Below are positions 45,443 through 53,726 of a stretch of DNA of 64,000 nt, piece after piece. This DNA comes from Felixounavirus NRG857CP1. The position numbers were made by a program, and so were the translations under genes. Every line of letters begins with the position of its first letter. Position 1 is the stretch's first letter. Below the pieces are notes generated by a model, which saw only the letters and a program-made list of their open reading frames with translations, was not told the origin of the DNA and made no database searches. The stretch is taken from sequence record OZ035806.1; one strand, given 5' to 3'.

Positions 45443-46512
45443 TTAACCAGCACCCAATCTTTTTAGGTGGTGAGAGAAAAACTTTTGACTCACTCAATAA
45501 GCACTACCCAAAAATCTTTGAACTTTATAAACAACAAAAAGCACAAGATTGGTCAGAAGATGAGTTCCCTTTTGAACAATCACGTCTTGATTTTGAGAGT
45601 GTCCCAGCATCAATGTCAGGTGTAATGCTTGAGATTCTTAAGTGGCAATGGGAAGCAGACACTCAAGTTGCTAAGAGCTTGGCATTTGCCTTTGCACCCT
45701 TTATCTCTGACGACATCTATGCAACTGCAATTATGAAGCAGTCTGAGATTGAAAACCTACATGCTCTTACTTACTCAGAGATTGTAAGACAATGTATTAA
45801 AAACCCTGAAACAATCTTAGATGAGATTAACCAGAATGTTGCTGTGCAAGACCGATTAAAAACTGTGAATCGTGTTCTCGAAGAATTGCTGGATGAGGGT
45901 ATAAACTATCGACTGAGTTATGTCCGTGACTCACTTCTGGACAAAGACCCTTTACACTTCCATAAAGTGATTCTAAAAGGTCTATTTGCAGTGACTGCAC
46001 TGGAAGGTATTTCTTTTATGGCATCCTTTGCATGTACTTTTGCACTTGATGCTCAAGATAAATTTCAGGGTATTGCTCAAGCTGTCCAGAAAATTATGCT
46101 TGATGAAATCCTTCACACTAAAATTGATATTGAAGTTTTAAAAGAAACTTTAAGAGATGATGAGTGGCAGAAAGCTTTTCAACAGATTCTTCCAGAGATT
46201 AAAGTAATCTTAGATGAAGTAGTTGAAAGTGAAGAGAAATGGTCGTATTATATCTTCTCCGAAGGACGTGCTGTAGTTGGCTTAAATACAAAGCTTCTTC
46301 ATGAGTGGGTTTACTATAATGCTGCACCACTGTATGATATGTTTGGCATTCCCAGAGATTTTGTAGCTCCTAAAGAACCACCTTTGAAGTACATGATTAA
46401 GAAGATGGAAATTGATAAAGAGCAGAATGCTAATCAGGAGCAACAGAACGGTGCGTACCTATTGAATACTGTTGTAGATGATTTGAATAGTGGATTTTTA
46501 GAGGTTCCTTAA
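45440..46512 (+). CDS. nrdB: ribonucleoside-diphosphate reductase, class Ia, beta subunit
   Basis: about 357 aa, ferritin-like di-iron protein context; start at ATG 45440 preceded by AAGGAG (ORF open to 45379). Confidence 0.85.
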
Positions 46513-46754
46513 TGACTTATGTAATTTACTCCAAAACTGGATGCCCTCAGTGTGAGACTGCAAAGAATTTTGCAAAAGCTCGTGGTATTGACCATGTTGT
46601 GAGAATGTTAGGGCAGGATTATGAACTGTCAGACCTGATGGATATTGCACAGATGCCAGTTCGTCAGATGCCATTCATCATGAAGACTGATGGTCAAAAT
46701 CTAAAACCTGTTGGGATGCTACAGAATTTTATGGCAGAGGTGAATAATGCTTAA
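46512..46754 (+). CDS. glutaredoxin/NrdH-like redoxin
   Basis: 80 aa; redox motif CPQC near N-terminus (YSKTGCPQCETAK); coupled to nrdB stop. Confidence 0.7.
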   Translation: MTYVIYSKTGCPQCETAKNFAKARGIDHVVRMLGQDYELSDLMDIAQMPVRQMPFIMKTDGQNLKPVGMLQNFMAEVNNA

Positions 46755-46953
46755 ACGCCTTTGGGAAGGTTTGGTTGTTGATGCACCAGCCATTGTGATT
46801 GGTATGCTTGTTGTTAACCTATTTACTGATTTTGAACAAGGTTCATTGTTTGGAGCCATGCTATTATGGGTTATCTTTGAAATATTAGAGATACAGCTAG
46901 GCATCACTGAAAAACTAAGAGAAATCTTTGCGAAGTTTTCTAAAAAGATTTAA
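46747..46953 (+). CDS. small membrane protein
   Basis: 68 aa, hydrophobic (VVDAPAIVIGMLVVNLF, GAMLLWVIFEIL). Confidence 0.3.
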   Translation: MLKRLWEGLVVDAPAIVIGMLVVNLFTDFEQGSLFGAMLLWVIFEILEIQLGITEKLREIFAKFSKKI

Positions 46954-46959
46954 AATGAA

Positions 46960-46983
46960 AGGGTCTCTTCGGAGACCTTTTTA
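46960..46983 (+). terminator. intrinsic terminator
   Basis: stem ggtctc / gagacc with ttcg loop, then ttttt. Confidence 0.6.
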
Positions 46984-47001
46984 GCATGTAAAGGGGCAAT
47001 A

Positions 47002-49146
47002 ATGAACAAAGTACAGATTATTAAAAAGAATGGCTCACTTGAAGAACCTGATATCAAAAAAGTTTTAGCAGCAGTCACAAAATCAGCTAACAGAGTTGGT
47101 TATAAAGAGCTTCCACCAGATGTTACTCAAGCTCTTGAGTCAGCATTTATGAGGATTCTGGTAAAGTCCACTAAGCAGAATAATTTGCTAATTTCGGTAA
47201 ATGATATTCACAGTATTGTTGAGGGTGCTTTGGCAGAAGTCAATCACGAGATTTATGAGTCTTACTCAACATATAGAAATTACCGTAAAGAAGTTGCTCA
47301 AAATTGGGATGAACTCTACCAGAAGACTAAAGATACACTCTTCTTAGGTGACCGTGAAAATGCTAACTTTGACAGTAGTTTAATTTCTACAAAAGGTTCA
47401 ATTATTCGTGGTTATCTGACTAAAGAAATCTTTAAACAGTACCATTTAACACCAGAGGAACTGGAAGCCATTGAAAAAGGATTTATCTATATCCATGATT
47501 TAAGAGACCTGATTTTTGGTGGTATCAACTGTTGCCTGTTTGACATTGGTAAAGTCCTGAAAGGTGGCTTTGAAATGTCTGGCATCGAATATTGTGAACC
47601 AAAGTCTGTGCTGTCGGCCTTACAGGTTATTGGTGACGTAGTTCTTTCAGCAACTGCACAACAATTTGGTGGCTTTACTTTAGCAGAGATTGATAAGGTA
47701 CTTGTACCGTATGCTAAGAAGTCTCTACGCTATCATGCTGAGAAAGCAGCATCTTATGGTATTCCTAAAGAACATTACCACAATTATGTCATGGAGCAGC
47801 TACAGATTGAACTGACTCAAGGTTTCCAGTCACTTGAAATGAAACTAAACACTGTACCTTGTAGCCGTGGGGATTTTGCATTCACAACTTTGACATTCGG
47901 GTTACTTGACTCAGATATGTCCAATGAAGATAACCGACTGCAATATATGATTGCAAGTACCCTCCTAGATGTTCGTATGAATGGTCAAGGTAAGAGCAAG
48001 AAACCTGTTGTATTCCCTAAACTGGTTTATATTTATGACCAGAAGAGACATGATGAAAATATCTGTCAAAGTCACCTGTACAGTAAAGCTATTGAGTGTT
48101 GCTCTAAAGCAATGTATCCAGACTTCTTAAGTGTATCTGGTCATGGTGCTGTAGCAGAGGCTTTTGAGCGTTCTGGCAAGGTTATTTCGCCGATGGGTTG
48201 CCGAGCGTTCTTATCTCCGTATCTTAACGAGAATGGGGAAGAGTTCTACGTTGGTCGTGCTAACATTGGTGCTGTATCTTTGAACTTACCAATGATTTAC
48301 CAGTATTCTAAAGAGAATGGTTTAGATTTCTGGAAAGAGCTTGATAAGTACCTAGAGATGATTCGTAGTTTCCACAAGAAACGTTACGAAATGATTGCTA
48401 ATATGCCAGCAAGTTCTAACCCTCTTGCATTTACACAAGGTGGTCTGTACAAAGGAACTAAGAAGCCTACTGACAAGGTTGGTTGGGATATTGTGAAGTC
48501 CTTCACAGCTTCTTTTGGTGTTACTGCGCTTGATGAGCTATCTGTTCTTGCTGAAGGTAAACGACTTCATGAAGTTGGAAGCTGTAGTTTTGCATACGAT
48601 GTTCTGGCATACATCAACATGAAAACTGAAGAGTTTAAAAATGAAGATGGCTTCTTATATGCCGTCTATGGTACTCCAGCAGAATCACTTTGCGGAACTC
48701 AGTTAAAACAGTTCAGAGATATGTTTGGCGTTATCAAAGGTGTTTCTGATAAGGAATACTTTACAAACAGTTTCCATATGAATGTTGCAGCAGACATCTC
48801 ACCATTTAAGAAGCAGGACTTAGAAGAGCCATTCTTCCATATCTGTAGAGGTGGTAGAATCCAGTATGTCAGGGTAGCTAATCCAGAAAACTTAACAGCA
48901 CTTAAAAGTTGTATTACCAGAGGGATGTTGAAAGGTTTCTATCAGGGGCTTAACTTTGACTTAGCAATCTGTGAACATTGTGGTAACAGACCAAAGGCTG
49001 ATGTTGAAGAATGTGAGGTTTGTCATTCACACGATATCTCTGTGATTAACAGGGTGTGCGGGTACTTGTCATTCACAAAAATTAAAGGTCAGTCTCGAAT
49101 GAATGACGCTAAGATGGCAGAAATTAAGGATAGGGTTTCTATGTAG
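47002..49146 (+). CDS. nrdD: anaerobic ribonucleoside-triphosphate reductase, class III
   Basis: 714 aa; C-terminal zinc ribbon CEHCGN...CEVC and glycyl-radical motif RVCGYL. Confidence 0.9.
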   Translation: MNKVQIIKKNGSLEEPDIKKVLAAVTKSANRVGYKELPPDVTQALESAFMRILVKSTKQNNLLISVNDIHSIVEGALAEVNHEIYESYSTYRNYRKEVAQNWDELYQKTKDTLFLGDRENANFDSSLISTKGSIIRGYLTKEIFKQYHLTPEELEAIEKGFIYIHDLRDLIFGGINCCLFDIGKVLKGGFEMSGIEYCEPKSVLSALQVIGDVVLSATAQQFGGFTLAEIDKVLVPYAKKSLRYHAEKAASYGIPKEHYHNYVMEQLQIELTQGFQSLEMKLNTVPCSRGDFAFTTLTFGLLDSDMSNEDNRLQYMIASTLLDVRMNGQGKSKKPVVFPKLVYIYDQKRHDENICQSHLYSKAIECCSKAMYPDFLSVSGHGAVAEAFERSGKVISPMGCRAFLSPYLNENGEEFYVGRANIGAVSLNLPMIYQYSKENGLDFWKELDKYLEMIRSFHKKRYEMIANMPASSNPLAFTQGGLYKGTKKPTDKVGWDIVKSFTASFGVTALDELSVLAEGKRLHEVGSCSFAYDVLAYINMKTEEFKNEDGFLYAVYGTPAESLCGTQLKQFRDMFGVIKGVSDKEYFTNSFHMNVAADISPFKKQDLEEPFFHICRGGRIQYVRVANPENLTALKSCITRGMLKGFYQGLNFDLAICEHCGNRPKADVEECEVCHSHDISVINRVCGYLSFTKIKGQSRMNDAKMAEIKDRVSM

Positions 49147-49153
49147 AATACAA

Positions 49154-49717
49154 ATGAATTACGAACTAATATATAATGCAATTATTAAAAAGGCACATTC
49201 TGAAAGGGGTGTGCCTCTCACATACTACAAATGTCAAGGTAAGGGTTATGAAAGACACCATATCATACCAGTATGTCTAGGTGGCGATAAAATTAGTGGA
49301 GATAACATTGCTTTACTTACACCTAGAGAGCATTATATAGCTCATAAATTACTGGTTAAGATGTATCCAAACAATCATAAGTTATGGTTTGCATGGAGCA
49401 GGTTAGCTCATGATGGCCTAGATAGGAAAATATCATCCAGAGACTATGAAAAGGTAAGGGCTTTAAACTCGAAAGCTCTATCGATTGTGAATAAAGGTAG
49501 GGTTTTCACTGAAGAGCATCGAAGACGATTAGGAGAAGCTCAAATAGGTAATACAAAGTCAAAAGGTTGTAAAAGGTCTATGGAAACAAGGAAGAAGATG
49601 TCAGAAGCCGGAAAAAAGCCAAAGAAAAAGAAAACTTGCCCGCATTGTGGCATGACTGGTGGTGCTGGTAACATGACTCGATATCATTTTGACAATTGTA
49701 AGAAAAAAAAAAAATAA
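49154..49717 (+). CDS. HNH homing endonuclease with NUMOD-like repeats
   Basis: ERHHIIPVCLGGDKISGDNIALLTPREHYIAH HNH core; two NUMOD-like units (FTEEHRRRLGEAQIG, SMETRKKMSEAG); Lys-rich C-terminus; start at ATG 49154 just after nrdD stop. Confidence 0.7.
   Translation: MNYELIYNAIIKKAHSERGVPLTYYKCQGKGYERHHIIPVCLGGDKISGDNIALLTPREHYIAHKLLVKMYPNNHKLWFAWSRLAHDGLDRKISSRDYEKVRALNSKALSIVNKGRVFTEEHRRRLGEAQIGNTKSKGCKRSMETRKKMSEAGKKPKKKKTCPHCGMTGGAGNMTRYHFDNCKKKKK
49703..49716 (+). repeat. homopolymeric A tract at 3' end of HNH gene
   Basis: About 13 consecutive A encoding the terminal lysines. Confidence 0.8.
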
Positions 49718-49789
49718 CCTTATGTAAAACTTGACAAGGTGGTGTGGGTCTTGATAGGCTTACATCACCTTTTTATTTGGAGTTACATT

Positions 49790-50125
49790 ATGGACTTGTG
49801 GCTTTATGTAGCAGTTTGTGGGATTGTATGTCTGATAATCTTATTTATTCTTGGAATAATGCGATTTAGAGACATCATACAGTCAGATTTTTTGCCTGAG
49901 TTTGCCATGATGGTTGGAGTTATTGCACTTTGTGTCTTGGCGGTGTTCTATTCATACAAAACTGTGATATGGATGAAGTCAAACAATTGTGTAAAAACTC
50001 ATCAACATCGTGAGGTTACTTATTTTGTGAGTGTACTTAGTGGGAACACCACTGTACTTGTCCCACAAACTTCTGTAGAGTATCTTTACACATGTGATAA
50101 TGGTAAAACTATATGGTGGAATTAA
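49790..50125 (+). CDS. membrane protein (two predicted TM segments)
   Basis: hydrophobic segments VAVCGIVCLIILFILGI and MMVGVIALCVLAVFY; start at ATG 49790 after GGAG (ORF open to 49739). Confidence 0.35.
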   Translation: MDLWLYVAVCGIVCLIILFILGIMRFRDIIQSDFLPEFAMMVGVIALCVLAVFYSYKTVIWMKSNNCVKTHQHREVTYFVSVLSGNTTVLVPQTSVEYLYTCDNGKTIWWN

Positions 50126-50328
50126 CAATGGCAACACTCTTAAAGGTATTGACACCCACACTACACATAGTAATCTTCTTCTTTGGGGTTAGTGTTATGG
50201 TATGGGGTTTTTCAGACCCACAATGGAGTTTCTCATATCATGGTCAGATGGATTTATGGTCATGCTTCAAACCATTTTTAGGGTTAGTCATAGCATTCAG
50301 TGCATTACCAACTAAGGTGAAATTATGA
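50113..50328 (+). CDS. small membrane protein
   Basis: 71 aa, hydrophobic segments HIVIFFFGVSVMVWGF and FLGLVIAFSAL. Confidence 0.3.
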   Translation: MVELTMATLLKVLTPTLHIVIFFFGVSVMVWGFSDPQWSFSYHGQMDLWSCFKPFLGLVIAFSALPTKVKL

Positions 50329-50720
50329 TTAAGTTGAGTCAAAAACAGTTAGAGTGGATTAAAGATTATGCCTCAGAGTGTGGCTCTTGTGAAAAGAATC
50401 ACGTAAGATACTCAACATTCCACACGGTCTTCACATTGTATATCGGCGACAATGTTCTAAGTGATTCTGTAGAAGATGGTGTAGCATTGCCTAATGAATT
50501 GCTTGACAAATTAGCTGTAGTCACTGGAACTTGGTCTGAAGAAGATGGTCACGAACTATCTGATGATGTTGTCTTCTACAGTCTTGAAAACATCATGAAT
50601 CCAGAGTACATTATGCTAATGACTTGCGCACAAGATTGTGTACCATTACAAAACTTCATTAAAGAGCACTGTGAAGAATTTATTACTAAACAGGTTCCTT
50701 GTCAGGTGGTGTTTGAATGA
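50325..50720 (+). CDS. hypothetical protein
   Basis: 131 aa acidic ORF. Confidence 0.35.
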   Translation: MIKLSQKQLEWIKDYASECGSCEKNHVRYSTFHTVFTLYIGDNVLSDSVEDGVALPNELLDKLAVVTGTWSEEDGHELSDDVVFYSLENIMNPEYIMLMTCAQDCVPLQNFIKEHCEEFITKQVPCQVVFE

Positions 50721-50779
50721 GTAAAACAATTCGAAGAAAAGGTTTAAAGAACGTTTATATTTATTGGTGAGGTAACTAG

Positions 50780-51265
50780 ATGAATTACATGGAGATTAGG
50801 CCATTTGACACAGCTAATGGTGAAGGGGTTCGTGTAAGCCTCTTCGTAGCTGGTTGTAAGCATCACTGCGAAGGCTGCTTTAACAGGGAGTCTTGGAAGT
50901 TTAATGCTGGTAAAGAGTTTACTTATGCAAACCTCTACGGTATCATTAAGTTAATGGATGATGAGGCCATCAGTGGGTTGTCAATACTCGGTGGAGAGCC
51001 TCTGGATGATAGAAATATTCAAGAGGTTACCAACATATGCAAGCGTATTAAAACTGTTTATCCAGAAAAGTCTATATGGCTTTGGACAGGTTTTCAGTTA
51101 CATGAAAAAATTCACCTTGATGTGATGAAATATGTTGACGTGGTGATTGATGGTAAGTATGATTCATCTAAACCAACAGTTAAACCGTATCGTGGTTCAG
51201 ATAACCAAAACCTCTGGAGAAAAGAGTACGGATGGCAAGGTGATTGTCAGTGGAGAGCAGAGTGA
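50780..51265 (+). CDS. nrdG: anaerobic RNR activating protein (radical SAM)
   Basis: CxxxCxxC radical-SAM cluster motif CKHHCEGCFN; 161 aa. Confidence 0.8.
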   Translation: MNYMEIRPFDTANGEGVRVSLFVAGCKHHCEGCFNRESWKFNAGKEFTYANLYGIIKLMDDEAISGLSILGGEPLDDRNIQEVTNICKRIKTVYPEKSIWLWTGFQLHEKIHLDVMKYVDVVIDGKYDSSKPTVKPYRGSDNQNLWRKEYGWQGDCQWRAE

Positions 51266-51345
51266 TTATTCTGGCAAATGGACTAAGGTATAACTCCAAT
51301 TGGTATCACTGAAGAAGAACTTCATAAGTTCTGTATTAAACTTTA

Positions 51346-51627
51346 ATGAGAGAGGCTAAAATGGGAATTTTAGGTAATATGAAAGCTGGCTTCTTGAAGG
51401 CACTGGCAAAAGCAGCAGCAATCATTTCTATGACTGGAAAGCAGGTTGGTGTAGATGCTTCAGCAGTTGCACAAGTTCTTACAAGCCAAATTGAACAGCA
51501 ACCTTACATCTATGTAGGCCGTGGCAAAGGTGGTAAGAAACAAGCCCACCGTCCGTCTGGTGCAGCAGCTATTAAACGAGCAGCCAAGAAAGCTCGTAAC
51601 CGTAAACGTAATAAGAAGGCTAAATAA
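51346..51627 (+). CDS. small protein with highly basic C-terminus
   Basis: C-terminus KKQAHRPSGAAAIKRAAKKARNRKRNKKAK. Confidence 0.35.
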   Translation: MREAKMGILGNMKAGFLKALAKAAAIISMTGKQVGVDASAVAQVLTSQIEQQPYIYVGRGKGGKKQAHRPSGAAAIKRAAKKARNRKRNKKAK

Positions 51628-51629
51628 TC

Positions 51630-51950
51630 ATGAGCAAAGTTTATAACACTCGCAAATTACAGATTTTCGTACTGTGCCAGTTTATGGCTAAAGAATACAA
51701 CTTCTACTATTGCGGCACAGGTTTTATTAGTGATGATGATGGCTCATACCTTCCATTCAAAGAAGCTGTGAAGCTCTTTAATGAAGAGGAAAGCTCTAAG
51801 AAAGATATTGAAAAGGTGAAACTGACCTACAGCAAGAAAGATAAGAAGATTATCTGCCTAGATAACTTTGTAAAAGTTACTGGAAAAGCAAAAGAGCTTA
51901 TGGATGAGAGTGAGATTCCATTCACAAGCCTCTTGAAAGTAGCTCAGTAA
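51630..51950 (+). CDS. hypothetical protein
   Basis: 106 aa ORF followed by terminator. Confidence 0.35.
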   Translation: MSKVYNTRKLQIFVLCQFMAKEYNFYYCGTGFISDDDGSYLPFKEAVKLFNEEESSKKDIEKVKLTYSKKDKKIICLDNFVKVTGKAKELMDESEIPFTSLLKVAQ

Positions 51951-51963
51951 ACAGATACTATAG

Positions 51964-51990
51964 GGGAACTGTAAAGGTTCCCTTTTTATT
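51964..51990 (+). terminator. intrinsic terminator
   Basis: stem gggaac / gttccc with 7-nt loop, then tttttatttt. Confidence 0.6.
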
Positions 51991-52001
51991 TTGGAGGTAA
52001 A

Positions 52002-52517
52002 ATGTATCTGTCAAACCTGAAACGTTCGGTTGCAATGTCAGTTCTAAGACTCAGCTTTGATGAGCGTCAAGAATTTATAGACTCCCACAAATATGACCCT
52101 TCAAATTCTAATCACATGGTTCTTTGGAATCGTGATAACTTCCGTGAAAGAGCACTTGTCCGTTATTACCCACACTACACAATAGATAACCTGTATGAAT
52201 GGTGTGTTGTGAAGAACACCATTGCAACACTGAACAATCTTTGCAGGTATACGGGTAAGCAAACATTTACACTAGGCCACCACAAACCTGTTACAAAGGG
52301 TGGTGAGCATCACTGTGCAAACTGGTTTATCCAGACTAAACTTGATAACCAGAAGCAAGGAGATAACCTTCTAAGCACACCTAAGATGACCTATGAAGAG
52401 CAAGAGAAATATATCAAAAACAATATGCCAGATGTGCTTGACAACAACTATACAGATTTGGCAATATCTCTCCTGTTGAAGTTCGAGACAGTTTATAGGG
52501 CAACTTACAATGGCTAA
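52002..52517 (+). CDS. HNH-motif protein (putative small nuclease)
   Basis: LGHHKPVTKGGEHHCANWFIQTKLDNQKQG resembles an HNH core (HH...N...N). Confidence 0.35.
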   Translation: MYLSNLKRSVAMSVLRLSFDERQEFIDSHKYDPSNSNHMVLWNRDNFRERALVRYYPHYTIDNLYEWCVVKNTIATLNNLCRYTGKQTFTLGHHKPVTKGGEHHCANWFIQTKLDNQKQGDNLLSTPKMTYEEQEKYIKNNMPDVLDNNYTDLAISLLLKFETVYRATYNG

Positions 52518-52788
52518 AGAAAAGTGGGAGATTTTACCATTAGTCAGTGAAGGTGGTAATGGTTGTGAGATGTACATGATACGTGGTCATGTCCCAGAGC
52601 CAATTGCACTTGAGATGGTAAACAACTTTACAGATGGTTCTTACAAAGACTTAGGCGAACCAACTGTCAAGCAACAATGGGTTAAACCTGTACCAGACAG
52701 CACAGGTAACTGTAGTGTACTTTATCACGTTGTAGACCCTGCAAAATGCAAATCTGCAATGGCAGTAACAAACGTAACTTTTGATTGA
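52510..52788 (+). CDS. hypothetical protein
   Basis: 92 aa ORF. Confidence 0.3.
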   Translation: MAKEKWEILPLVSEGGNGCEMYMIRGHVPEPIALEMVNNFTDGSYKDLGEPTVKQQWVKPVPDSTGNCSVLYHVVDPAKCKSAMAVTNVTFD

Positions 52789-52799
52789 GAGAGAAAACT

Positions 52800-53681
52800 A
52801 TGAAAACATCTATCCGTGTTACAGTTCATTCACCAACTAAAGGGACTCATGAAGAAGAGTTTAACATCATCCAATTTCCTTCTGGTGAGATTGGTGGACA
52901 CTTTTCGCCAGAGTTTGTTGATTTCACTGCTTATGCAGCATCATCCATCAACAATGTGATTATGATTGTAAAAGGTTATGATAAGGACACATTGTTTGCT
53001 GTGGCACTTGCTAAAGAAGCAATTGATGATTTAATTCCTCATGATTATGCTTTAAAGACTGTCATCTTTTACTACTTACCAAATGCACGATATGACCGTC
53101 ACATGTTTAAAGGCGACGCAGCAGCTTTAAAGGTTTTTGCTAAACAGGTAAATGCAATGGGATTTGGTGCAGTCTGTGCAGTTGACCCTCACAGTTACGT
53201 TCCAGATAACCTGTTTAACTGCTTCCAGAGTATTCCTCAAAAGGAGATTGCAGTCCACTATGCAAATGACCCACTGGTTGATTACTTAGTAGCCCCAGAT
53301 GCAGGTGCTGCTAAGAAGGTTGCAGAGACAGCTAAAGAGGTGGATAAACCATATATCACAATGTCTAAGGTGCGTAACCTTAAGACTGGTGAAATTACTG
53401 GTATGCGAATCCTTGATGATGTTGATTTGACAGATAAAACCGTCATGATTCTGGATGATATCTGTGATGGTGGTCGAACCTTCATAGAAGCAGCTAGACA
53501 TCTTCGTGAAGCAGGTGCAAAACGTGTGGAACTCTATGTAACACATGGTATCTTCTCTAAAGATGTTGAAAACCTTCTTGACAATGGCATTGACCACATC
53601 TACACTACAAACTCTTTAGGGGAAGCTAAAGACCGTGGCTTAACACATTATGGTCAAGTTACTGTAGCAAACCTTGATTAA
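52800..53681 (+). CDS. PRPP synthetase (ribose-phosphate pyrophosphokinase) family protein; candidate ADP-ribose pyrophosphokinase of a phage NAD+ reconstitution pathway
   Basis: Aligns by eye with Prs: YLPNARYDR (cf. YFGYARQDR), LVAPDAGAAKKV, PRPP-loop VMILDDICDGGRTF, THGIFS; start at ATG 52800 (ORF open to 52785). Confidence 0.75.
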   Translation: MKTSIRVTVHSPTKGTHEEEFNIIQFPSGEIGGHFSPEFVDFTAYAASSINNVIMIVKGYDKDTLFAVALAKEAIDDLIPHDYALKTVIFYYLPNARYDRHMFKGDAAALKVFAKQVNAMGFGAVCAVDPHSYVPDNLFNCFQSIPQKEIAVHYANDPLVDYLVAPDAGAAKKVAETAKEVDKPYITMSKVRNLKTGEITGMRILDDVDLTDKTVMILDDICDGGRTFIEAARHLREAGAKRVELYVTHGIFSKDVENLLDNGIDHIYTTNSLGEAKDRGLTHYGQVTVANLD

Positions 53682-53690
53682 AACTTTATA

Positions 53691-53711
53691 GGGGCTTAAA
53701 AGCCCCATTTT
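53691..53711 (+). promoter_or_regulatory. stem-loop between the Prs-like and Nampt-like genes
   Basis: ggggct-taaa-agcccc followed by atttt; weak terminator or RNA processing/attenuation signal. Confidence 0.35.
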
Positions 53712-53726
53712 GAGAGAGATTAAAAG

